Below, in pieces: positions 12,375-25,657 of a DNA stretch of 64,000 nt (position 1 is its first letter; the number at the start of each line of letters is the position of its first letter). The notes under the pieces are model-generated. The model made no database searches, was not told the DNA's origin, and saw nothing but the letters and a program-made list of their open reading frames with translations. This DNA comes from Podarcis melisellensis. Its lineage: Eukaryota. Made by a program: the position numbers and the translations under genes. The DNA lies in NCBI GenBank assembly GCA_964234715.1, contig OZ174280.1. One strand, written 5' to 3'.

Positions 12375-14750
12375 CTTTATAGAGAAGAAGCCCATAAAAA
12401 GTAGCTGTCCAGAATATAACTGTTCACAAGAAGTATCTGGGCTATTACATTCACTCCCAAACTTCTTGCTCACATACATCCTAACTAAATGAAAGCACAG
12501 AACGAGTGACGGTATCATAATGTCTAATATAATCAATGTAAAACTTGCTAAGTGTTGTGATTTGGTCACGTTTAAGTAACAGGCATTAGATTTAGAAAAA
12601 AAAACTATAAACAGCAATAGCAAAACCTGCAGCTAGGCTTTACTTTGCAAAACAACAACACCAATAAACTGTGTTCAAGTAAAAGTATTTAGCTGTATTC
12701 TTGCTCATTTTCTTTGGAGGCTGTCTGTTAAAATAGTAGTCATTGCCCAGAAACGCAGAAACCTCAGGCATACTGTATTTCTCAGAAAGATTAGAAGAGG
12801 CTTGGTTTACCCAGTTAACTCTGGGCAACCATATACCAGAAGGCCTGGTGGCATTTGCCACAGCAATATCTCCATTGTGTGTGCATTTTCGGTTCATTAA
12901 AAAAAGATGTTAATTGTGGCCGGTAGTCGAGAATCTTTCTTTTAAAGTCAGTTATCAGCAGTTTCCTTTTGCATGGCTGGCTCGCTGATGGGGAGCTGTC
13001 CGTTTATTTAAAAAACAATGCCTCAGTTATCATATTGTTTAGTGTGGGGCGGGGAAGTGAAGCATTCAAATGCGAACAAATCCAAAGCAGGAAAGCAACG
13101 CAGCAAAAACAGAGAGGGGGGTTCAGGGCAGATTTTACAACCTGAACAAATCAGTTTAATGAAGGAGTTTTGTTGGAGTACTCCAACTGACAGGACTTGG
13201 CCCTTAGTTATTATTTCATGTATATGTTTTTGAGTATTTTAATTACATGTTTATAATTTCATTGAAAATGAAAATTTATTTTTTATTTTTTACAAGAATT
13301 ACCTCATGTCAATAAAGTACTGAGTACTTGCTAGTGTATTTGTATCAGGCTTGTACAAAAGATTTTAGTCTATGGGAATTCGTTTTTTCTTTAGGATACC
13401 CTCTGCACATAAAAGGGACAGAAGGTACAAACTTAGATCTTATTCCATATACAAGTAGAAACACAAAAACCTTTAACAATTAATAGGTACTCTGTTTACA
13501 TTCCAGACAATTTATTGCAATGCATCACTCACAATATATTCAGTAAAATTGATAAACTGTGACTGCCATATCTGTCATGTAACATGCTGAAGGAAAAATT
13601 CCAGTTTTGTCCAATATAAAACATTTAGTTTACTATCATTGATGCTGCTTCTAGAGTTCACAAGCAGAATCCAAGTCCAATATTATTCTGTAGTTCCAAC
13701 TGGTACACCTGCTTTTCAGGTAGAAGATCCCAACCAGATTCATTAACTCAGATTCTAGGGATGCATATCCTATTAAGATGGTAGGTTTAACATTGCTTGT
13801 CTCAATCAACCATTGTGCTAATACCATCTCCATTTATATCCATAGGGTGTACATTTTTCTTTTATTCTACAAATAAAATACATTTATTCATTTTAGCCTA
13901 ATAACTGCCAACCTGTTCTCCATGACTCTGTATACAATGGATATCCAGTGTGGCCTATAAGAAACTATTTTTTTTTATCATGCCTAATGGATGATGTTCC
14001 TCTGTGTGTGAAACTTCACTGCTTGGGCAGGAGACAGGGAAGCTATGAGTCTGTGTAGATCTTTGACCTATTCTGATTGTTGCCTTCTTCATTTTTCCCC
14101 CAAATCTGTTTACCTGTTTTGTGATAGCATGGGAACAAGTATGGAACAAGTGTTTTTTCCATTAGTTATTTGTAAGATTCTTATAAAGTATCTGTAACCG
14201 AAGCATAAATGAAACACATTAAATCTGCTGATGAACTATTTCAAAAGGTTATGACTTCTTGACTGTCATAATTGGTTTATCTGAAAAGATCATTAAAGAA
14301 CTTGGGGAATTGGATACATATATGCCTTTAAATTAATTCACAGAATAGGCCTTGGGTTAATGGAAGTTTAGCTTTAATGCTTAATCAGGAATATGCAAAG
14401 AAGCTTGAATTAAGAAGAACCTTTGTATTACTTGTGATTTGAAGCAAATAATCCATGGCATTGTAAAGGGGTTAGGATCAATTATTCCTATTATTTTAGA
14501 TAGTGTTTTCCATTGCAATTTATTTGAGGTCCAATGTATATGCTCTGAGGAGTTACTGTCAATTGACTACTAGTGTGTGATGACATTCTGGCCTGTGACC
14601 CTTGTGGTTCTATTTGGAACCTTCACTATATTGTTTCTAGAAGGGGGGATATGAATGCAGTGTGTCTTGGAGTCGATAGCTTCTCTAAAGTATGGAACAA
14701 GGAAATGTATCTTCAAACGTTCCAATTTGTCTATGAACAAGTTGCTTTTT

Positions 14751-14803
14751 GGAAGGGGCCATAGTTTAGTGATAGAGCACATGTTTGGGATATGAAAGGT
14801 TCC
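14751..14803 (+). mobile_element. 5' head fragment of a tRNA-derived SINE
   Basis: GGGGCCATAGTTTAGTGATAGAGCACATG, similar to the head of the 8793-8991 SINE. Confidence 0.5.
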
Positions 14804-14869
14804 ATAAATTGGTAATCTGCATACATTCTACAGTGCTACAATATGATCCAGTCTTCTGGTTGTGGTAAA

Positions 14870-14950
14870 AATATTGGCAGCACCATTTTGAACTAGTTGA
14901 AACTTCTGGAGTGTCCCACCCAAAGCACATGTATAGGGTTGCACTGTAGA
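14870..14950 (-). mobile_element. L2 LINE ORF2 remnant
   Basis: Minus strand translates as KFQLVQNGAA, the L2 C-terminal KLQLVQNAAAR motif. Confidence 0.55.
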
Positions 14951-17900
14951 TTTACCTGTTACTTGTTAGAAAGAAGGGTAGGATATGTCTAACAAAATAG
15001 TATGTCTCTGTTTTATCAAGTAGACCCCAGTTTGTGAATGGTCCTATGCATCTATGCAATAAGTAAGAGTAAGGTGATTTCTTAAAATAGACAAAACCTG
15101 GAACACCTGAAATCGTTCAAGATATCCTCCACCTTCTTGTTTTTAGTTACGCAGGTGTTCTTAGCAATTTCAGTGAATGAGGATGGGCAGACGAAATGTT
15201 CTGTAGATAGAATTATTTCTATAAATAGAAGGAATTTTCTGAGTATTCCAGAATGGATAAGTGGGTATTTAGAAATCTTATACAGAGAATCCTAAACCTG
15301 CTGATAGCATACTGTAGTCAGGCATAACTATACTTTTAAAAAGATATTTGGTTTGCTTCCTGATACCATTAACACACTGTAGTGTGAAGTTGACATATAA
15401 TGTAATGTACATCTGATTTGGGAGATAATCTAAATAGTGAATCGGTTTATGTTCCAGCTGTGAGTGTGTACAATTCTGAGCCTGCTTTTATCTGGAAAAT
15501 TAAAATCAGGTTTTTTGAAGCATAGCCCCACAGATTGTTCAGCATTTAGTGGAAGGAACACTGTCTAAACTTGATTTACTGCATATTTCAGGCAAACAGA
15601 CCTTTGAAAAAGCATTGACCTCATGCTAGCTTCTCAGAAAGCTTTGTTAAGTATTCCCTCTTAATCCCAGTTTGCAGGTGACCTTAGTTTGAGATGTGCT
15701 ATTCTTTAACAAGGGTTCATTTGTCAGTTCTTTTGGATTTCTCAAAGTCCTTTATATAAGACAACGTAAGAGGCTGATTTAATTATTCTTATACACTTAA
15801 CTAACAATCCTCCCTGTCTCAGTTCAGCAGCTGTAGAATGCACTCCCCTTCCTTAAGTGAACTGGTTAGAGAGTTGAGAAGGTTACTTGAGGTATTGAAA
15901 CAGGGCATGTAGGTAAAAGTAGATGATCTTATGCAGTGTTAATCTGGATTATGTTGGAGAAATTAGTTTTGATTTTGATTTTCACAGATAAAGCCATTTC
16001 TTTTTAAACAATTACGTCTCAGCACACTTGTCTCTATTTTACATTATATAATGATTTTTATTCAGCAATTTTAAATACTTGAATGCTCCAATGAATTAGT
16101 TCTGTTGCTTAGTAATGAACAGCATGATGTAAAAGACTTTTGTGCTATTGTGGTCTGTATTTAGAGTACTCCTAAAATATAGTAGTGAAATTGAAATAGG
16201 GAAATCAGTGTTTGGTTTCTTGAAAAGATCTCTGTGTTTTTAAACACATTCGAAGTGTAAGTTTCTAGCCCTCATAGTAGATGAATATGAAATGTTCAAC
16301 CAGCCTCCTCCAAAATCTGTGGGACTCTTTTCAAATTCCAGACCCTTTCTGTTTCTTCTAACCCACTTATTATCCTCAGAACCAGCTCTATAGATTCGAA
16401 AGATAACATTCACACCATTAATTTTGGAAGGTAAACAATGTATGTAGGTTGGGATAACTTTGAAAACAGAATCTGGGTTTCCTTGGCAAAGCCTTTATGT
16501 ATAATTACTTTAGAGAAGTAGGAAGGTTTTTGATACAGCAAGACCATGGTCCCTCCTGTATGTTCCTTGGTGGGATTTCTCTGGCGCATTGATTATGACT
16601 GAGGACTTGTTAGTATCTGCACCTGAGGGAAGTAAAAGCATTGAATGCAGTTTACTCTAACTGCAGGAGGGATTTTTGCTTTGTCAACCAAGTGGGTCAC
16701 TGTCATTGGAACTACCAAAGGAGAATAACCAGAAACGATGGTGCCCTCCTCGAAAGAATTCTACAACTGATGATTTGATAGACTGGCTCTGCCACATGAA
16801 CCATCTATTCTAGGACAGCTGATCTTTTGTTCTGTAGAGCACAGTGTACTTCCCAGTGGCGATTCAGAGCAGCATCAGCATCGCTGGATCCTGAGGGAGA
16901 ATGCCCTTGCTTTCTCTGAATGACCACCAGAACAAGAAGACTGAGTGATACTTTCAAATTCACCCTTAATTAATGAGCACATGCACATTTAAGGCAATGA
17001 TAGCAAAATGTTGACCTACAGCTAACCCAGCAGGAAAAGGCTATTTAAAGCTATTTGTTTCTAAAGACTGCCTTTAATTGATAATGAGAAACAATTTGAT
17101 TCATTTTCTGCATGTTTTCCTTTCCTTTCTTTTTTTGTTGAAGGAACATTCTCATGCTACACACTGAATTTATTAAATGGTTTATATGAATGTTCTAGTG
17201 CTATTTAATATTCTCATACAGCCATGGAATTTAGATCTAATAGGTCATTGTGTCCTGCTATTACATGATTGCTCCCTACAGCATATTTACTCTGTGTATT
17301 GACTGTCCGGCTTAGTTTTTAACCACTTCCCTTGGGAGATTCTTCTGCAGCCCGGTCTATCTTATTGCAAGGACAGTTTTCTAAATCTCCACAATAATTT
17401 ATCCTTTCTTAATTTAATCACTTAGTTCTTAGTTTTATCATCCCGTATTACTCTTCTTGATGTTTATACTATTAAATATTTAGAGTCTTCTCTGATGTTA
17501 TTGTATAATCAAGCTGTAAACGTTTAGCTCTTTGAAGTGTTCATCATTTAATCCATTTCTCTAGTCCCCTAATTAGTTTGGTGGCTGTTCTTTGATACTT
17601 TGCGTACTGGGCTACAACACTGAGCATCAGCTGAAGGATTAGGAATTTTCAGTATTGTGTAGGTTGGTTGCTAAATAGATCAGTGGAAAGAAAAGACCAC
17701 ATGTCAGTGGAGTAGACAGGTGTATCTTAAACACCTGGTGGTGCTCCTTGTGGTTTTGTTTTGATGTACTTGTTTACACAATCTGCATGCCTATGTCTCC
17801 TGATATCCATACTGCTCCCCCACCCTTTCCTAGAAAGTGGGCATTTCTCCTGGTTTCAAATGAATATAGGACCATTCCCTTCTGCTTGAGGCGAGGAAAG

Positions 17901-18544
17901 CAGGAGAAGAGTACATGAAGGAGTACAGGAGGCCCTCTGTTTGTCACTCTGCATATACAATTGTCTGTGGAGTGACAACAATAGCATATGGGTTTTAAGA
18001 AAAATATTTTAGAAAATCAACTAGATTAAATGTTGTTTTTTCTGGTCTGTTGTAGTTCTTGTGCAGAAATTGCATTGACCTTTCACACCATATTGAATCA
18101 TAAGAATGTATCATTTCCCCCTAGTTTGTAATCTGTTTTGGCCTTGTTACTTTCTAATTTTTCATCTTATTCTTGATTTGCTTTTCCATTGTTCCAGCTC
18201 CTTGTTTAAAAGTAATTTGCTTTTTGGATACCTTTTCACATTTCTCACATTATTATTCTCTGTATCCCTTGGTTTATACAATATAACAGTTTAAATTGAT
18301 GATAAAGTTTTTTGTACCATGAAATGAATGAGAATGCTGAAGAAGAAAGATAGGACTTACATTTTTACATCATTTCCGCCTTCCCACCTTGAATCCACAT
18401 TAGCCATACCTACCCAACTCATGAAATTACTATTTGGTAGTACCTAGATAAAGTTCTATTAAATACAATGGATTGGATCCTACAAAGTTCTTAGCTCACA
18501 TTCCTCTTAACATAGTATGAATCAGGCAGAAACAAAGTATGCAT

Positions 18545-18803
18545 GAAGATGTTGAGATGTTCCTGAGGGCTGGACTAGAACTAATGGCTGGAAGTGGCAA
18601 GGAAGTAAATTTTGGCTAAGCATCAGGAGAAACTTCCTAATGTGAGAGCTGTTTTAGGGTGAAACAGATCAATTTATGAGGTGCTTAGCTTTCCTTCTCT
18701 GGAGGTATTTAAGCAGAATATGGATAGTCACCTGTCAGGGATGCATTGGCCAGAAGGTTTAATTAGGTGGCTCCAAAATCCCTTCCGCCTTGAAAATTCT
18801 GTG
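18545..18803 (+). mobile_element. CR1 LINE 3' fragment, diverged
   Basis: GACTAGAACTAATGG..CATCAGGAGAAACTTCCT..CTGGAGGTATTTAAGCAG..CCCTTCC..ATTCTGTG, homologous to 28400-28813. Confidence 0.75.
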
Positions 18804-19718
18804 CCACATTACAGATGCCCACAAAAGTAGACATCTTCTTGTAACTGTATCAAAATACCTGGCTCAGAAAAGCAGTTCATTTACTTCAGAGGAAGGCACC
18901 AACTCATTTGATATTTGAAATCAAAGCATGATGCCTATATTTTGTGCTTTAAATGACTGAGGCTGAAAGTTTGCATAGGCTTGCACCCTTAAGCTTGCAT
19001 TGGCAGAGTTCTCTATGGCCAAGAACCATAATGTTATTGCACTGTTCGTTTCAGTGAATGGATGTGAAGCAGTCCCTTAGGTTATGCCACCTATTTTCTA
19101 ATGAAAGTAAGCAAGATTTCAAGGTTCATAGAAGTGTCAGTGAAGCATATAAATGATTGATCTAGCACCCCACCGGCTATGCATTCTGGCCCACCATGTC
19201 TCCCATACATCTGTCTGTTTTTATCTGCCTTACTAGAACTGCAAAAACTGGCTTTTCAAGCACCTGGTGGACCAAAGTACATGGCTAGAAATTTATGCTG
19301 GTGTGGTTCTTAGTTAAAACTTAGTATTTAAGATGTCACAAGAAGATTCCTATTTGTTTTTGCTGCAGCAGATTAACATGGCTACTATTATTTGAAATAG
19401 TTTGAGAAGCAGAAACACGTGACTGTTTTCTTGCCCTTTCTCTTGCCATGCCACCTTGGTGTCATGTCATCTCTGTGTTGTTTCCTCACCCATAAAGGAG
19501 AATGGCACTGAGGTCCCACCCCCCCCACCCTCCAAAGGGCTTTTTCCAAGGTTTTGTTCATTATTGTTTGTAAAGTGCTTTGGGGAACATGGCTGAGAGA
19601 CATGCAAGGCATCATTATGGTTAATAATCCATTATTTAAAATATTTGGGACCATTGAGAAAAATAATGACATGTATGTAGTGGAGTGGTTAATGCGATTG
19701 CATCTCTTACAGGTTTCA

Positions 19719-19978
19719 NNNNNNNNNNNNNNNNNNNNNNNNNNNNNNNNNNNNNNNNNNNNNNNNNNNNNNNNNNNNNNNNNNNNNNNNNNNNNNNNNN
19801 NNNNNNNNNNNNNNNNNNNNNNNNNNNNNNNNNNNNNNNNNNNNNNNNNNNNNNNNNNNNNNNNNNNNNNNNNNNNNNNNNNNNNNNNNNNNNNNNNNNN
19901 NNNNNNNNNNNNNNNNNNNNNNNNNNNNNNNNNNNNNNNNNNNNNNNNNNNNNNNNNNNNNNNNNNNNNNNNNNNNNN
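19719..19978. other. assembly gap or masked stretch (260 N)
   Basis: Run of N. Confidence 1.
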
Positions 19979-20432
19979 AAATAACATAGCTAAGCCTTTT
20001 CCTAGTAAAATGATGGATTCTGTGGCATTAAAGCGAATATTTATATTTCTGGCATTTTGATTACTTCTGTCTATATTTACACTAATGCACAATGAAGAAA
20101 AACACAATTGGATAGAATATTGATGCTGTTAGTTTTATTTGATTATTGTTTGAGCATTTTAAAGTACCCTTTAGGTGCACATGTTGTAGGATTTTATGCA
20201 GTATCATATTTTGTATCCATTTGCTGCATATGCTGTTTCAGTAATTTTAAAGTAAAATAAAAGTCCCAATCTAGAGAATCCCTGTGGGCTCAGGAGTCCA
20301 AATGCATATGGGGCATTCCTACAAATTCATAGGTTTTCCTATGCAAAGCAATACTTGGACATTTATATGTGTACATGACCATTTCGTACCTCATCGTCAA
20401 TGGGGGAGTCCTTGCTATTATGAAACTCTACA

Positions 20433-20560
20433 TAGGCATGGGAACCATGGTCCGCCAGATAGCATTGGACCACCCCTTCCATCAGACTTGACCATGAAAG
20501 CTGAGGCTGATGGGAGCTGGACTCCAACCACATCTGGAGGACATCAGCTCCTCATCCCAG
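20433..20560. mobile_element. short non-autonomous DNA transposon (hAT-like)
   Basis: GCTGAGGCTGATGGGAGCTGGACTCCAACCACATCTGGAGG with a foldback layout. Related decayed copies lie at ~29170-29310 and ~62570-62685. Confidence 0.6.
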
Positions 20561-21392
20561 CTATATATATCCACTGAGAAATCTCTCAAACTCTGGATTT
20601 ATAGACTAGGACCATTCAGTCTACCAATTATTGCTTCTGAGCAACTTTCCATCTTTTAAAAAATCCATACATATTTATTTATTTAGAAGATTTTGATTGA
20701 ATGATTCTCAAGGTGACTTAGAACAGATTGCAACAGTACAAAAACAAACAAAACACACACCACACACTGACAGCTCTCTTTAGTCCTCTGGCTGATGAAT
20801 GGGGCCATAGAGTGTTGTCTCTCTAGGTCTGTACTTTAGAGTGTACTTCTTGGCAGGGAAGGAGAAAGCATGATTCTTCCAGTTGCTCTGGGACTAGAGA
20901 GTCTTCTCCTCGCTGTGATATTCTTTCTGAGAGGCAGGGGATGTAACATCCTGCTATCCTTAGTTTTCTGCCCCAAAGCAGCCAGTATGGGGAGCTGCCA
21001 TCGCAGATCCAGTGCCCTGGCAATGGTGTCACTGCAGGGACAGGGCTGGGCAACTTCAACCTCACTACCAACTTGCCCCACCAGGTAAGAAGCAGTAACA
21101 GCTGTTGGGAGACCAGCTTTGCTGCACAAGCCACCCCTTTTCCTTCTGCAGTCTCCATTCTGCTGATCAACCTCTTGTTCTTTCTTCCAATCCACATGTA
21201 CTTGGTGCATTGTATGTAGAATTGGAAAATTCCTACATGCATTGTTGCTTTAGATCGTGGTCATTTGATTCTGGTGCTTTTGAATTTAAAATATATTTTT
21301 TCAAGGTCTGATCACAACCATTTCCATTTAAGATTTGAGAAACACCTTGGCAGTCAGATCTGAGTTCTCCACCAGTGCATTTTATAAAGTTT

Positions 21393-21521
21393 TATAGGCG
21401 TAGCCAAGGTGGGCACTGCCCCCCCCCATCAAGTAAAAATAACAAAATTTAAGTAACTGAAGTTCTCCCCCCCCCCAACATAAAGCCTGCCCCCCTAACA
21501 TAAATCCTGGCTACACCCATG
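21393..21521. mobile_element. hAT-type MITE
   Basis: TIRs TATAGGCGTAGCCA / TGGCTACACCCATG. 8-bp TSD TAAAGTTT / TACAGTTT (7/8 match). Confidence 0.8.
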
Positions 21522-23675
21522 TACAGTTTTGATCATTTCAGTATGCTTATTCAACAGGAGGACAGTTTATAGTGTGCTTTTAAACTATATGGTTATTTGT
21601 TAAGTAAATTCTGCAGTTCAGAGGCTGTAGTTTTGAACATGCTGACTAGAGACTAGGGGCTTATTTCTGAGTAGATGAGGACAGGATTGCACTGCACATG
21701 ATACTACTGATAAAAAGAGAGGACCCTGATTCTACTTGTATTAAATAAGTTATGATTTAAAATTGGGATGTGTATGTAATTTGATTAATAGATAATCTGC
21801 ACGAGAGGATTAAACTTTTTCTCTCTCTGTGGTGTTTGAAATTGTAAGAGGTGAGCATCTTTTTGATCTTGTAGGCCACCTAATAAATAGAGCTATTTCA
21901 TTTTAAGCTGTCCCTCTGTACACATAACTTAGGTTACCTTTCCCAGTGTGTATTCCTGGTTTGTTTAAAATAGATTAGGGTTTTACATATATTTTGTTTT
22001 GATGTCTGGTACTGAGTATACAAGAGCTAATCATCTTGACCTTTCTGACAAACAGAGCAACAGAAGGATGCATCTCTCAGAGTTAATTCTGTCTTGTTCT
22101 CAGTGGGAACAGAACATTCCTCTGTGATCCTCTTTCACATGATTCACTCAGGCCTCCTGGAAGCCACTCTTGATACTATTAGTGCAGGGATACTTAGGTC
22201 TAAAGTAGATCGACAGTAGTGACATCACAGACCATTTGTGGTTTAGAGACAGATTGGACCAGGCAAGTGGAGTTGTTAAGACTCATATTAAGGAAACAGT
22301 AGAAAATGAGATTAAATAGCAGAGTATTTTTCTGCATTTTTTACAGTTTTCATTTTCATCTACTTAAGCCCAGATTTAAGAAAGAAACAAGGGATTTCAA
22401 TGAACTTAACAACCTGATCTAAATAACCTGATAATGAAATCCTTTATTAGGCTATATTTGGTACCAGTTAAGAGATGACAACACATAAAACGGCAACCAG
22501 TGTTTCAGCATATATAATTTTATTTAAACAATTCCATCAGCAATCTGAGAAGCTATATTTATTTCCAAGAAAAATTTTTGGATATAGCAAAACTGGATGA
22601 AAATTAAATTGCCTTAAATTACTTGAATCTCTTTCAGTCAGAAAACAAACAAACTTGGAAGTGTATACTATACTCTGTTTCTTTCTGATGCAACACGATA
22701 AATGTTGCTGTATTTTCAAACTGACATTAAATAAATACCAAGAAATTGTTGCAAATCTGTCTATAGGATGTCACCAAGTTTTGCAGGAATGATTCTTCAG
22801 TTTACACTCATGTTTAACACTTGTGTCTTGTTCTACCTCTGGATTCCAAAACTACAGTATAACAGTTTTTATTTGCTTGCCTTCTGTTTAGTTTCACAAT
22901 TATTTATCAATGATGAAGCAGGTCCAGTCGTTCCTGATTGGCTTAAGGTCCAGTGGGTTATTAAGAGTTCTCTTCTTGCCCTTTGGTTCATCTTAGAGTA
23001 CCTTTCCTCATCAACACTAGAGCAGTCATTATCTTGTCATTGCAATGAAGCAAGTTTTTTTAAAAAATGGCTTTATGTACACATTGACCTGAAAGTGACC
23101 CTAGCTGGTGAGCAAGGGAGTGTAGTTATAGGGGACGGCAAAAGGCAGAGGAGTATCACTCCTGATGATATCAGCTCAGAATCAATCACTTCTGAGATAC
23201 TTTGTGTTATAACTCTGATAATTTCCCACTTGTCTTCTTGACCGAGGTAAGTTTTTAACAAACAACGCTGCCTCTAGACTAGCATCCTGTCCTTCCCACA
23301 GCCTCCTCCCTGACTTTCCCACCGCTTATGATGACTACCACACCTGTTTCTCTTGGCGCTGTTGTGCCCACCTTGCATTTTCTTTGGGTGCTACTGCCGT
23401 TTCAGATGATCTCTTTAGCCAGAGAATTGCTATGGAAGTGTTCATTTAATTATTTATTTAACATATTTATAGAGTGCCTTGCAGCCATAATGGCTCCCAA
23501 AGGCAGTGTGCTATTAAAAAAAACACCCAACAATTCGGCATCTAAAAATATATCTAGGGAGCAAAAAAGAAAAAGTCAGAACAACCAATATGCAATACCA
23601 GAATAAGCAAAGCACCACCACCAATGAATCACATAATCTAAGCGCTGAAGGCATGGTGGGAAAGCTTTCCTTATA

Positions 23676-23887
23676 CAGTGGTACCTCAGGTTACAGACGC
23701 TTCAGGTTACAGACTCCACTAACCCAGAAATAGCACCTCGGGTTAAGAACTTTGCTTCAGGATGAGAACAGAAATTGCGCGGCAGCGGGAGGCCCCATTA
23801 GCTAAAGTGGTACCTCAGGTTAAGAACAATTTCAGATTAAGAACGGACCTCCAGAACAAATTAAGTTCTTAACCCGAGGTACCACTG
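23676..23887 (-). mobile_element. Tc1/mariner-type (Tigger-like) MITE, complete
   Basis: TA|CAGTGGTACCTC...GAGGTACCACTG|TA. Reverse orientation relative to 41639. It appears to sit inside an older LINE tail. Confidence 0.95.
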
Positions 23888-25436
23888 TACTCTAAAAAGG
23901 GAGGAGACGTGTTCTTGTCAAGCATCCAATCAGGAAGAGTTCCACAGAACAGGGCCACCACATAAAATGAACTGTTCCTTATTGAGGATAGCCGGGCATT
24001 TACAATTAATAGAACTTGGAGGGTGGCTTCATTTACAGGCCTTGCTACAGTAGTGTTTGCACAGCTTCACTTCAGGCTTTAAAGAGATATCGGCCATTTA
24101 AATTCTGTAGCAGAAGAGAAAGCAAGAGGACATAGCTACAGACTAAAAACCCTTGGAAAGTGGGGGAGCAAAAGGACAGAGAAGGAAAATACATTCTGGG
24201 GCACTGGGCAGTGGAGGGGAGGAGGAGAAAATAAGCAGGGGACGTGCCCGTGCCCCATTAAAAGTTATTTGCATCATTGACTTAGAATAATACTGATAGC
24301 GAAGAGAGATTGAAAAAGCGAGTGGGGGGAAGCATTGCATTATTTATTGAAGGATTATGTTGCCAGTGAGTAGAGGAGATATTAAAATACAGTAGAAAAC
24401 CCCCTGACTGAGTCTTAGTTATCTGAAATACATGGCTACACAAACCAGTGTATATATTCCTTGAAGCTTCGGGAAAGTGTGATTGTATGTAGAAAGTGCT
24501 TATGCTGAGCTAGGTATCTGATTATCTGAATACTTTACATGTTCAGATGTGGGAGGTTGAACAATTCTTCTGAGACTTGAAGCATTCCTACTTTCTTTTC
24601 CTGGTTTTGCAATTGGAGGAGGCAGGATTTGTTTACACACTGGACACAATCTGGAGAAAGTTAAATTTGCCTTAAGTTTAGTCTTGAGAATAGGATCTTG
24701 CCTTCAGGCAAGGAAATTGCATTTTCTCTCTCTTTTAGATCACAAATAGTAGACCATGTTGGCATGTGTGCATAGATGGGTCAAACATATCATGGTCTTA
24801 TTTGCAAGGCTCCTCAAGTTCCATGTCAATTCAATGTGATGGGATTTATTATTTTTTAGCATTTTTATTCCACTCTTTGGCTCAGAAAGTTTCCCAGAGT
24901 GGCTTATATAAGATTGATAACCAACATGGCAATCGCTACCTGCAGGCTTAAAGTCTAAAAGACACTATACACTTGGATAAGGGGGTTGGGAGGTATGAGG
25001 AAGAGGCAAACAAACTCATATGCAAGTTGTTATGAGGATCAGCTTGAATGGAAGCATCTGAGGGAGAAGAGTTGGGGCTGTATGAAACTGGACTTGTGAG
25101 CCAAACCAATGGAGTGGTCCTGCTTCCTTTCTGTCCCTCTGTTCCCACCAGGTATTTTTAATGTAGCTTGCTTAAAATACTCAGTCAGTAGACTTAAGTC
25201 ACATGAGGTTGGATCCATTTTCAACTTATTGCAAGATCCTTGTGCAAGAATAGAGAATTGAAATCTAATAGTTTTCTTCATTAGTGCAAGATGTTGCACG
25301 AGCACTTGCTCAAGGCTTCAACATATGTGGTTGTGCTAAGTATTTGTTGTAGGAAGTCACATGCAATAGTTTGAGGAACAGGTTCACATAATTTAATCTG
25401 CTCTCTAAACCAACCCATTGATTACAGTGGGACTTG

Positions 25437-25657
25437 TTTATTTATTTAATGTACAGCCCACCTCTCCTCCTATTAGCTCAAGGTGGCATACATGAACATA
25501 TTATTTATTTTATCCTCACAGAAATCATGTGAGGATGTTTAGACTGAAATTGGTGACTGGCCTAAAGTCACAAAGTGATCATTGATGCTGAGTGGCGGCT
25601 TCAGCCTGGTCTTCTGGTTCTCATCTGACATTCAGTCTCACCACTGCACCACAGTGG
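25437..25657 (-). mobile_element. CORE/MIR-like SINE
   Basis: TTTATTTA tail, TTTTATCCTCACAG..TGTGAGG..GACTGGCCTAAAGTCACA..CCACTGCACCAC. Confidence 0.75.

Noticed and set aside
19388-20107. Long ORFs (239, 168 and 99 aa) in the ORF track
   Set aside because: Their length comes from reading through the N gap.
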